64,000 bases of DNA, taken from Macrostomum lignano (Eukaryota). The stretch is from positions 39,559 to 103,558 of the forward strand of contig NIVC01002962.1 in assembly GCA_002269645.1 (NCBI GenBank), in the 5' to 3' direction. The position numbers and the translations under genes are program-made. Positions 24,501-33,620 of this stretch are shown here, piece by piece. How positions within the stretch are numbered: position 1 is the stretch's first letter; every line of letters begins with the position of its first letter. Below the pieces are notes generated by a model. The model did not search any database, had not been told where the DNA came from, and saw only the letters and a list, made by a program, of their open reading frames with translations.

Positions 24501-26139
24501 GCTACTGTGCCATCTCTATTAGCTACTGTGCCATTTCTATTAGCTACTGTCCCATCCCTATTAGCTACTGTGCCATCTCTATTAGCTACTGTGCCATCCC
24601 TATTAGCTACTGTCCCATCTCTATTAGCTACTGTGCCATCTCTATTAGCTACTGTGCCATCTCTATTAGCTACTGTGCCATCTCTATTAGCTACTGTCCC
24701 ATCTCTATTAGCTACTGTGCCATCTCTATTAGCTACTGTCCCATCTCTATTAGCTACTGTGCCATCTCTATTAGCTACTGTCCCATCTCTATTAGCTACT
24801 GTGCCATCTCTATTAGCTACTGTCCCATCTCTATTAGCTACTGTCCCATCTCTATTAGCTGCTGTGCCATCTCTATTAGCTACTGTCCCATCTCTATTAG
24901 CTGCTGTGCCATCTCTATTAGCTACTGTCCCATCTCTATTAGCTGCTGTGCCATCTCTATTAGCTACTGTCCCATCTCTATTAGCTACTGTCCCATCTCT
25001 ATTAGCTGCTGTGCCATCTCTATTAGCTACTGTGCCATCTCTATTAGCTACTGTCCCATCTCTATTAGCTGCTGTGCCATCTCTATTAGCTACTGTCCCA
25101 TCTCTATTAGCTACTGTCCCATCTCTATTAGCTACTGTCCCATCTCTATTAGCTACTGTCCCATCTCTATTAGCTGCTGTGCCATCTCTATTAGCTACTG
25201 AAACCTGAAGTTGACTATTTTATTCTGAAAATTTTAGCCAATCACCTCCAAGGACACCAACACCCTGACCCGTCCGGAGTCCCAGACTCTCGAGCAGTCC
25301 CCGGCCCCAGCAGCTCCATCATCAGTAGCTGCCTCCAGCACCCCAGTTCGCTGTGTTGCAATGTACGACTGCCAAGCCGAGTTCCCGAACGAATTAAGCT
25401 TTGCCAAGGGTGAAGTGCTGCGAATTACTCGGCAAGAGAATGAGGATTGGTGGGTAAGTTTTTCATTAAAGTGGCGACAGTTCTGCTAATTAAACCTCAG
25501 CACGTTTGTCTGTTTTTATAGTCTGTTGGGACATTTATAGTTTTTTATTGAAGTTCAATTTTATAGTTGTCTAGCAACCACACTTAAAGGTTTTGATCTA
25601 GTGTCTGGCAAACATACCTGAAGGTTCAGATTAGGTGTCTGGCAAACATACGTGAAGGTTCAGATTAGGTGTCTGGCAAACATACCTGAAGGTTCAGATT
25701 AGGTGTCTAGTAAACATACCTGAAGGTTCAGGTTAGGTGTCTGGCAAACATACCTGAAGGTTCAGGTTAGGTGTCTGGCAAACATACCTGAAGTTTCAGG
25801 TTAGGTGTCTTGTAAACATACCTGAAGGTTCAGATTAGGTGTTTGGCAAACATACCTGAAGGTTCAGGTTAGGTGTCTGGCAAACATACCTGAAGGTTCA
25901 GGTCAGGTGTCTGGCAAACATACCTGAAGGTTCAGGTCAGATGTCTAGCAAACATACCTGAAGGTTCAGGTGTCTGGCAAACATACCTGAAGGTTCAGGT
26001 CAGGTATCTGGCAAACATACCTGAAGGTTCAGGTCAGGTATCTAGCAAACCAATTCTTTAATTCCAGGAAGCGGAAGTGGAGTCGGAACCATCAAGGCGC
26101 GGTCTGTTTCCGGTGTCATTCGTGCACTTTTTAACTTGA
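5028..26139 (+). CDS. ASAP: ASAP-family Arf-GAP with BAR, PH, ArfGAP, ankyrin, Pro-rich and SH3 domains. join(5028-5162,8962-9034,9113-9258,9649-9840,10422-10475,14388-14473,15667-15823,17890-18538,19108-19342,19691-20192,21968-23245,25238-25453,26068-26139)
   Basis: All 12 introns are GT-AG with consistent phases; 3795 nt = 1264 aa plus stop. The translation follows remembered human ASAP1/2 throughout: MPEQ start, [29 protein letters not shown], ArfGAP CADC-x16-CLEC..IHR, ETAVH/ETLLHYC ankyrins, FEWRL, SH3 [25 protein letters not shown] at 26274-26279. Confidence 0.95.
5343..5831. mobile_element. MITE (about 490 bp) in ASAP intron 1
   Basis: 5339-5363 TATATGCCTGGATGGAATTCTTGCA and 5811-5835 form an inverted repeat with 22/25 matches, including flanking TATA on both sides; no ORF. 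Confidence 0.7.
6392..7199. repeat. Tandem duplication of an about 305-bp AT-rich unit (copy 1 interrupted by the MITE)
   Basis: 6392-6893 and 6895-7199 share near-identical text from CAATTCTAATTCAAATTATATATTC to CATATAGTTTGTGGAACT. Confidence 0.92.
6677..6869. mobile_element. 193-bp MITE with 19-bp TIRs and 3-bp TSD (PIF/Harbinger-like termini)
   Basis: GGGCCGTATGCAGAAAGCT (6677-6695) and AGCTTTCTGCATACGACCC (6851-6869), 1 mismatch; ATA on both sides; the adjacent duplicate shows the empty site. Confidence 0.88.
8962..9034 (+). CDS. ASAP: ASAP exon 2 ([24 protein letters not shown])
   Basis: TAG acceptor, GTAAGT donor at 9035; matches ALDVDR..KKSVKAI..SG. Confidence 0.9.
9113..9258 (+). 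CDS. ASAP: ASAP exon 3 (BAR domain)
   Basis: CAG acceptor, GTATGC donor; [28 protein letters not shown]. Confidence 0.92.
9320..9579. repeat. (AGAT)n microsatellite, ASAP intron 3
   Basis: Direct read. Confidence 0.98.
9649..9840 (+). CDS. ASAP: ASAP exon 4 (BAR domain)
   Basis: CAG acceptor, GTAAAC donor; [26 protein letters not shown]. Confidence 0.92.
9950..10225 (-). mobile_element. Diverged SINE (related to family A) in ASAP intron 4
   Basis: Minus-strand GGTTCGATTC at ~10177-10186; GCTGCCCATTCTACCGACTC matches the family A body; shares several blocks with 41330-41460. Confidence 0.6.
10422..10475 (+). CDS. ASAP: ASAP exon 5 ([18 protein letters not shown])
   Basis: CAG acceptor, GTTTGT donor; matches IAEEMEKERRFFQLQMCE. 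Confidence 0.92.
11323..14158 (-). CDS. Nested antisense two-exon gene, 875 aa, unknown family (possible degenerate ankyrin-like N-terminus, acidic/coiled-coil segment, basic tail). join complement(13841-14158,11323-13632)
   Basis: The 123-aa and 767-aa ORFs join through a 208-nt intron with a minus-strand GTAAGT donor (13840) and CAG acceptor (13635-13633), phase 0, giving ..FYLKS|[10 protein letters not shown]. Complex non-repetitive protein with coding-like GC content; lies wholly within ASAP intron 5. Confidence 0.85.
14388..14473 (+). CDS. ASAP: ASAP exon 6 ([18 protein letters not shown])
   Basis: Polypyrimidine tract and CAG acceptor, GTGAGA donor, phase 2; matches YLLKVNEIKIKK..YFHAQ. 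Confidence 0.9.
14647..15587. repeat. About 21-24 bp minisatellite (TCTACCATTCTATCCTTC core), ASAP intron 6
   Basis: Direct read; left half ends units in TAATA, right half in AGGGA/AGGA. Confidence 0.95.
15667..15823 (+). CDS. ASAP: ASAP exon 7 (end of BAR domain)
   Basis: [29 protein letters not shown]; GTAAAT donor, phase 0. Confidence 0.9.
16308..16337 (+). CDS. ASAP: Candidate ASAP microexon (30 nt [10 protein letters not shown], or 22 nt from 16316 PSQENVV)
   Basis: T-rich tract 16261-16293, CAG at 16305-16307 and TAG at 16313-16315, strong donor GTAAGA at 16338; each version stays in frame with one of two downstream acceptors. Confidence 0.5.
16881..17850. repeat. About 41-44 bp C-rich minisatellite (ATGTACACACGCCTGAAGCCAACCCCCGAACYCCCRTCCCCA), ASAP intron 7
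   Basis: Direct read; homopolymer-length variation between units. Confidence 0.96.
17890..18538 (+). CDS. ASAP: ASAP exon 8 (Gly/Ala/Ser linker, PH domain, start of ArfGAP); start could be 17894
   Basis: Open frame from 17890 through [50 protein letters not shown]; donor GTTAGT at 18539. Confidence 0.92.
18559..19005. repeat. About 12-bp GGATTCCCCATA-type minisatellite, ASAP intron 8
   Basis: Direct read, degenerate. Confidence 0.9.
19108..19342 (+). CDS. ASAP: ASAP exon 9 (ArfGAP Zn finger with catalytic Arg)
   Basis: [34 protein letters not shown]; CAG acceptor, GTAAGT donor. Confidence 0.96.
19385..19600. repeat. TGGCGCTAAAGTCTCATCTG / TGGCGCTAATT minisatellite, ASAP intron 9
   Basis: Direct read; alternating long and short subunits. 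Confidence 0.88.
19691..20192 (+). CDS. ASAP: ASAP exon 10 (end of ArfGAP, ankyrin repeats)
   Basis: [44 protein letters not shown]; donor GTCAGT at 20193. Confidence 0.94.
20320..21822. repeat. 32-bp minisatellite GAGAGAACTAATGGAAGGCTAATGCTTACAGT (about 46 copies), ASAP intron 10
   Basis: Direct read. Confidence 0.97.
21968..23245 (+). CDS. ASAP: ASAP exon 11 (Pro/Gln/Ser-rich disordered region)
   Basis: CAG acceptor; [14 protein letters not shown] matches ASAP VEYEWRL; donor GTAAAA at 23246, phase 0. Confidence 0.88.
23280..25200. repeat. 21-bp minisatellite TTAGCTACTGTGCCATCTCTA (about 91 copies), ASAP intron 11
   Basis: Direct read; produces the spurious 7-aa repeat ORFs. Confidence 0.98.
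25238..25453 (+). CDS. ASAP: ASAP exon 12 (SH3 first half)
   Basis: [29 protein letters not shown]; GTAAGT donor. Confidence 0.94.
25601..26050. repeat. 34-bp minisatellite GGTGTCTGGCAAACATACCTGAAGGTTCAGRTTA (about 13 copies), ASAP intron 12
   Basis: Period 34 read directly. Confidence 0.96.
26068..26139 (+). CDS. ASAP: ASAP exon 13 (SH3 second half, stop)
   Basis: CAG acceptor; [23 protein letters not shown] then TGA. Confidence 0.94.
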   Translation, partial: EAEVESEPSRRGLFPVSFVHFLT

Positions 26140-26630
26140 TAAAATTCGCACATCTAAAACACACAGTAAGCGCATAAATTATGTTAATTAGTCTAGTCTG
26201 TCATTAAATTGCAGTAATTTTTTAGTTCTTTTTTGCTAACCATGCCGTTTTCCTTTCTAACTGTGCAGTTATTAATAAAAATAGTTTTTTGAATAAAAAT
26301 CGCTACATGACTATATATATAATGTGTATTGCAAATTATGCAGGTATTTATATATATATATATTTATATATATAATATCAATATTATATATGATTCTATA
26401 ATATATATATATGTGTGTTATCTTTTTATTCCAATTTTTCTCTGTTTTGCACGAACGCCCTTTGCAATGCCAGGTTTTGCAGCCGATAATTTTTGTAGTT
26501 GGTAAAAGCATGTGCGATATATATTGCTTTTAGTAGTAGAGTGCTGCTAATTTTTTTTTAAATTTGACTGCATCTTAGTAGCACTATCAATGCCTGCTAT
26601 ACCCATCGTTACTGAAATTCATTCTCCCAC

Positions 26631-27097
26631 ACTGTACAAGAATATCCCCTCAGCACTGTACAAGAATATCCCCTCAACACTGTACAAGAATATCCCCTCA
26701 ACACTTTACAAGAATATCCCCTCAACACTGTACAAGAGTATCCCCTCAACACTGTACAAGAGTATCCCCTCAACACTGTACAAGAATATCCCCTCAACAC
26801 TTTACAAGAATATCCCCTCAACACTGTACAAGAATATCCCCTCAACACTTTACAAGAATATCCCCTCAACACTGTACAAGAATATCCCCTCAACACTTTA
26901 CAAGAATATCCCTCAACACTGTACAAGAATATCCCCTCAACACTGTACAAGAATATCCCTCAACACTGTACAAGAATATCCCCTCAACACTGTACAAGAA
27001 TATCCCCTCAACACTGTACAAGAATATCCCCTCAACACTGTACAAGAGTATCCCCTCAACACTGTACAAGAATATCCCCTCAACACTGTACAAGAAT
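26631..27097. repeat. 24-bp minisatellite ACTGTACAAGAATATCCCCTCAAC (about 19 copies) downstream of ASAP
   Basis: Direct read. Confidence 0.96.
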
Positions 27098-28438
27098 CAA
27101 ATTTTGGCCTTGTACACATATTCACCAGGCTATTCGGTATAATAAAAAAGTCATCAAACTTGTACCGGGAATAATTTATGTACAAGAACCCAGCAGTCAA
27201 ACTATAATGTGCATAATTGAATATTTTGACGCTGCATTGAGCTTCTTATAAGTAAATGATTTTTTCTGATATAATTATGAAACGTTAGTGTAATATCAGT
27301 GTGCTATAAATATCTTATATATTTACGCATATTAAACTATATTTACAAAATTGCATGGTTATTTAGTTTATTAGTTTTATTGTCTGGAATCATGGAACAG
27401 CCGCTAATGTAATCCGACATTTACAGCATGCGTGCTTATAGTTCTATAAAATGCATTACATTTTTTAATGTAAACCATGGAGATTTTTTTGGTCATTATT
27501 TCTAGTCCGTTGTTGCTATTTGGTTTTGTTCCCGGCTGATAAGTTATTACGTGTCTACATATGTAATAATAAACTTATTACTAACGTCTTTATCTGTTTA
27601 TTAATTCACTTGCTTCCATTTAGTATACCGCCATAACTTGCTTATATAACGCTATAATATATAATATAAACCTATTGATAACAAGTGCAATTCGAATAGG
27701 TTACCTATATCGTGCAAGTGCTGCCTATTTCAGATTAACCACTTTAGTTGTTTTAGTTTATTCAATTCAAACGTATTTATTTGAAAATATCGAATTCAAC
27801 GTTAATCTTAGCGATGTATTTATTATTTGGTATTGGGCATATTTTATTAATAGCTTTGTAAGAAGTACGCACCGCAGTATTTGTCTTTTAATGGCCAGTA
27901 TATAATCTCTGTTAGGCTCTATGTGTACCTTCTGATTTTATGAGTACACTCTAAAATTACTCAAAATGTATTACACTAAATATATACTATATATTGTCAT
28001 TTGCATCTAAGTAAGTTAAAATCTTAGTGCTTTTTCCCCGCATACGAATTGTTTTTCTCTTTTATTCTTATCGCTTTTGAACCCTTGATTATCGTCGCGG
28101 CAGTTTATATATTGCAGCTCCACTCTATCTACTACTACAGTTAAATAGTAGTTTTTTGATATTTGTATTCGTTTTTTTATTCATTGCTTACCCGCTAAAT
28201 TTGCGCACAAATGCCGGAAGACTTTTGTTGCTTTCCAGACGTGCTTTAGTAAATCTCTGTATAGTATGGAAAAAGCAGTTATAATATGATCGATTCAACT
28301 TACGCCTTTTGTTGTGTCGCTGTAGATTCATTTACGATATATAACCAAAACGTCGCTTACCAAAAATACCCGAAGGTATGCAAAGCGAAAAGAAATTTTC
28401 ATTACTTAAACAAACGATTGCTACTCTTACTTAAGTAC

Positions 28439-30650
28439 TTTTTTATTTTTAACAAGACTCGGAAAAGACTCATTAAAATGCGGGCAGAAGGCGACGCGCG
28501 TGGTGCGTCAAAGGTTCCTCCTCTTAGATCACAGAAGAGGCAGATGGGAGAGCAGCCACTTTGTAGTGAAATGTGTTTGTGGATATATCTCATTGCCGGT
28601 AGTGACCATGCACACATCTCCCTGAGGTCAGTTTTACTTAGGGAGATTAGATATCCAGATACTTTCCGGTTTATGGCAGGCATTGCCGTTCAGGTTTGCC
28701 GATAATTCGAAACAGTTGTTCCAGTGCAGCTGGTGCTGGTGGATCAGCCATTTGAAGTAGCTACGAAGGTAACTTGACCTAGCGATGCGCTCCACTCAGC
28801 AGTGTACTGCCTCGTTGAAACAGTCTGGAGCTGACTTGGTTGAAAGCTAGAGAGAAGACATGCAAGGCCTTAATACTTCTGTCTTGATTAGCGGCCTGGG
28901 TGTCAGAGTAGAAATTATGATGTCAAAGCTGCTGATGCCAGCTTTTGCAGATGCACATTGGTTGATGGCCGCGTGACTTCGGATTGAAAAGCTGACATAT
29001 TCTCACCAAGATGAAGGCTAGCTGTCATCGATCTTGCAGGATCGCCGCACACTTTCATTTGGAAAACAGTGAAGCAGTGGATCTGAGTGCATGAATGCCT
29101 TGACCAAGGACCACTAGGAACAATTCGTTATAGTCTAGTAGGGAGTATAGTCCTTGGCCCTGACTTCTCCGATCCGGTTGACGCCAACGTCCAGTGGGTG
29201 GCTTCCTCGCGGCGGAAGGGTACATATCTGAGTGAGGGGGGTTATGGCTCGTACAGTCCACCTCGTTAAAGGGGTGAATGTGTTGAAGGTCACGAAGGAA
29301 ATACCAGGTGAGAAATGAGTGTCGTCTCAGCAGGTGTTAAACCCGAGGGGGGGGGGTTGGTATAGTGAATTTATCACACTAATAATTAACGGCGTGGCGC
29401 CTTTCATCGTCTCAGCTAACATGCATGGAAGGCATTTTGATGGATGATGTTGAGACCCTATAGTGGGATGAATTTTCATGAGTACATGTACGCACCAGTG
29501 ATGACCCGGCAAATGCATGATTGATATAGCTGATCCCACACAGTCTTCAGCTCCAACGCGCTGGACCAGACAAGCACGAGTAGGTGCGATGCAGAATCAG
29601 ATGATGCCCGAGTGTAGATCTGCACCGGACCGTCTTGAGAGAGAGATGCATGGCCCCCAGGTACACGTATAGACCCTATGGCTCTACTTGCGCGAAACAT
29701 CGCTTGGCGTGTCCGATGACGTCGGCATGTTTTGTCCAGCTATCGTGACGTGAGCGTCACACTATAGATACTAATTTCTTTATCTAGGGGAAGCATGTGG
29801 GTGCAGGTGGCATCCAAGAGGGTGGGTTAATCGTTCTGTTTCAGATCATAAAGTCGATCCATCGCACAATGCTGGATCTGATGACCTTCTTCGAATTCTG
29901 TACTTCGGGTAAAGGGAACTCTGAAGGAGCCAAATTTGACATTAAGGTCCGTACATCGATGTGACAGAAGACCTGCAGAGGCGATCTGTTTTTTCAGGAA
30001 TAGTTTTCTCAATGGCAAGCTGTTATTAAATGTATATATGCATACAACGCGCGTGCTCGCGTTTGTTTACCCTGCATGTGGTTGAAAGGCAAATTCATGA
30101 GTGCCTTGCTTACTCATGGTCTTCTTGAATAAGTATATCTTGAGTAAGACGGTGCCGCCCTCTCAGCTGAGACGCAGCTGGTCGCAGTCACGTACACCAG
30201 CCTCCACGGGATGGGCCTCTCTCCAACAGCTTAATGCAAAAAGACGTTAGGCTGATGGGGCGGAAGTATATACGAGTACCGTGGTCCTTGGCTAGTGTGT
30301 AACCGCGCGACGCTCAATTATTTCAACCGGGGTGAGCTCCTTTTAATTGTTCCATCATGGTAAGTCTTCTTCCTACTGACAGTGTTTTTTCCCATGGGCA
30401 GTATTCAGCATTTCAACAATTTTGTTTCAATGTTCAGGATTTCCTCTACAGTCTTCCAGTTTTGACCGGCCGGTTGGTTGCTGATCAGGATACTCGATCA
30501 CACCCTTAACTGAAGCCGATCCCATTCGCCCGCTTCAAATTTGGGCAGTCCGCCTTTGGTGACACGAGCGCCGCCAGCGGTGATGCTGAATTGGATGTAG
30601 AAATTATCCGAGAGTGAGGGATGATACACAACAAAGCCAGTCAGACATAG
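28439..30650 (-). mobile_element. Decayed, 5'-truncated non-LTR retrotransposon (APE-RT ORF2 remnant, R1/I/Loa-like group)
   Basis: Ordered minus-strand motifs across frameshifts: HPSLSDNFYIQF (APE SDH-like, ~30610), FRPISLTSFCIKLLER (30218-30266), IVRWIDFM (29847-29870), CRVITGA (~29500), CLFC near the 3' end (28531-28542), A-rich tail at ~28439-28452. Confidence 0.82.
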
Positions 30651-33620
30651 TAGACTCAGACTATGAAATGTTAATGATACGTTGTGAAATTAAAGTGCAT
30701 TAGAAATTTTATTCTAAATATATGTTCTTATATTGCATAAAGATCAAACATATTCTAAGCAAATCAAACGAAGCGGATAACCTGGTTGCTGCTACTGTTT
30801 GTTTTACCTAACCAGCATGATAACTAAACGTTCTTAGAAGCAACCAGGAAATCTGTTTGCATGCTCGAACTTAAATTTAGTTTTAATAATTCTTTTTTGC
30901 TTCGAAAGAACTTAATTGATAAACAATTCATTGTATTTTTCAGCCAAATTTTCTTCATAACGCGCTATTTTGCTCTTGATCGACTGTATATATCAAAAGT
31001 TTATTTCAGGAAGATAGTTCATACATTTTTTAATACTTAATTTTACAACTTATTCAAGCTCAAAATTGATTATGGTTGCGTTGGTTGTCAAAAAAACAAA
31101 AATGCTAATATTTTAGTAATTTCAATCCTGATCTTTCTCCGGCTCCAATAGAGCCGAAAAGTAGGCACTAAATTTATGTAAATTACATACTATTATGGCA
31201 TTAAATAATATTGAACTGACAGAGAAGACTTGCCAATAAAAATGGTATGCAATAAATATCATTCATGTATTTTATTGTTATAAACTTTTCGTGGTTTCCA
31301 TTCATAATATTCCTTATTAAAAGTTAAGGCTTAGTATATCTTTGTGTTAATTTGCATGCATTGAATATTAAATCTTAAATGTAGAAAAAACTGAAGTATT
31401 TTTTCATTAGAAAATTAGACTAAATTAGATTAAGTAACATAGTTTTATACTTAATGTCATTTATATGCATAAATGAATCAAAACTTATTAATTTAAGTAT
31501 TCATAGCAAAAATAATTTTTAATTTTTGCTTTGATTTATAATAAAATGTTGAACATTACTTAATCTTGAGACATTCCATTTTTATTCACTTGCATTATAA
31601 AATTGAAAACATAATTTTCTTATCTAAATTGAGATATTTAGAAGGTAACTAGGATTCAAAATAGAGATATTAAGTTATATTGATTAGTCCTAATATTAAT
31701 AGTGTTCAGATAATATAATAAAAAATATTTATTATATTGTCAAATACAGGCAAGCAACTAAAAATAAAAGTAAAAAAATATATAGGTCTAAAATACAGCC
31801 TAAAATACATTAAATATTCATATTTCATTTATATTATAAAAGTGTATATTCTAATACCCCTCTCTGTAGCCACTTGTAGTAAGCAAGGGGGTTTTTTTGT
31901 TGTTGTTGTTCTTATTGTATATTGTATAATTACTTAATGATTAATATACTCTACTAGATATCAGTATTATATAATGGCAATTGATGTTATTCTATTTTAT
32001 CAATGTATATGATATTTTAAATATAGAGCTTTGAAGGCTATTATATTACTATATGGTTTTTAACAAAATGTAGTTTCTCTTTATTTAAGTAGCCACTACT
32101 GTATATTGTAGCTACTTTCTTCTTACTAGATCCAAATCTACCCAAGTTTCATCTGTCATGCTTTTATTCCTTATGTAGCTTTGATTTGGCAAAACAAGTC
32201 TTGAATTAGTTTGATTGTCAAATTTCACTTCGGGAAGGTTTTTGTGTTTCTGCTCTCTATATACTGATATGTGCCATCCAATTTAATTAGATCAGATTCC
32301 TTCAATTTCGAAGCCTTTCTAATCAATTTCAAGATAAAATTACTTTACTGTCAGTTATTCACTAGCTTTGGCAGATTAGGTTAGATATAATTAGAATCTA
32401 ACATTGCTAGATAGATGTCCAAGTCTTACATTTCATTGTCACAGCTTTCCTAAAAGACATTTTTAATCAATCATTGAACCCTTGTTGATAGGCGATTCTG
32501 TGATAAAAGTAGTTAAAGATGTCCTATACCTACTACTTACTTCCCAGGAGGCATTAAAATATTTATTTGATTGAGCAGTTTGGCGCCAACTGCCTATAAA
32601 TAGGGATCAAGGTCAGGGGTTCCAAGCGCGATTCTTGATTGTTGTCCACTTTCGTTTTGTTTTTCCACTCACTGCACTACATAGAGGCCTTTTTTATTAA
32701 ATGTCAACGAGTCTTTAGAGTTGTTTGTGGGTGCAGAGCAGCTCACTGATTAATGCATCCACATTAACTTTAGGGTTTTGCTTGTGTGCCTGACAAGGAG
32801 GAAGCCTGCTTGTGTTGTGAGCGACTGCGTGTCTAAGCGCGAGATGCGGAACAAATCTTGTCAGGATGTCCGCAGCTCCTTTGTCTTCTTCTATGGGTCT
32901 AAATTTAGTATACTCGGATTCACGGATTTATTGGTATGTAACTAAGCCAATTTGTTAAGTCTGTTGCTGTCCATCTGCTTTGTCTGGATAGCATTGAGCC
33001 TCCTAGCGGCTTTGATCAGTGTAGGACTCTGGCTATAGGGGGGGGGGGGCACAGATTTTCCCTCTGCTTGACTGCTTGCAAAGCAGAAATGACGTTCTAT
33101 CAGGCAGGTGCCTATTTTATCTGACAGTCAGCGAGGAACAACAAAGAAGCTGCTTGTCTGTCTGTCTACGTCGAAAGCGTGCACCAGGCGAGACGCGTAG
33201 TCAACAGATCTCTCTTGTTGATCACCGTTAAGTAGAGCCCCGAGGGGTGAGGGTTGGTTCGGGCATCGGGCTAATGACAGGGGTCTAAGAAAGGTATTCG
33301 GGCTCGCGGTTGCATGCATGTAGAGGCAGGTAGGAGTAATTTGCGCCCAGGAGAGTGACTCTCCGAAGCCCACTCCCCGACTTGTTTTTTCCGTCTTGCT
33401 ATAGCATTGTACCATCTCCATCTCCTTGCAGTGTTTTGTGTTTTCCTGCATCTTCTGCATTCTACTTTTTTCCTCTCCTGCTGCCCACGTCTCTAATAAG
33501 CATCTAATTTTAGTTCGCGATGAGCTTCTTCAGGCCACCTCGGGCCATTTGAGGAGTCTCCTCTTGTTGAATCCCTTTGACAAATTTTGTTCGCCATCTT
33601 ATGAGCTTATTGACGTCATA

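Noticed and set aside
23289-25208. 639-aa ORF (LLATVPS repeats) and the Cys-rich tail of ORF 21941-23959
   Set aside because: Translation of a 21-bp stop-free intronic satellite; the real exon ends at the GT donor 23246 and resumes at 25238 to give the SH3 domain.
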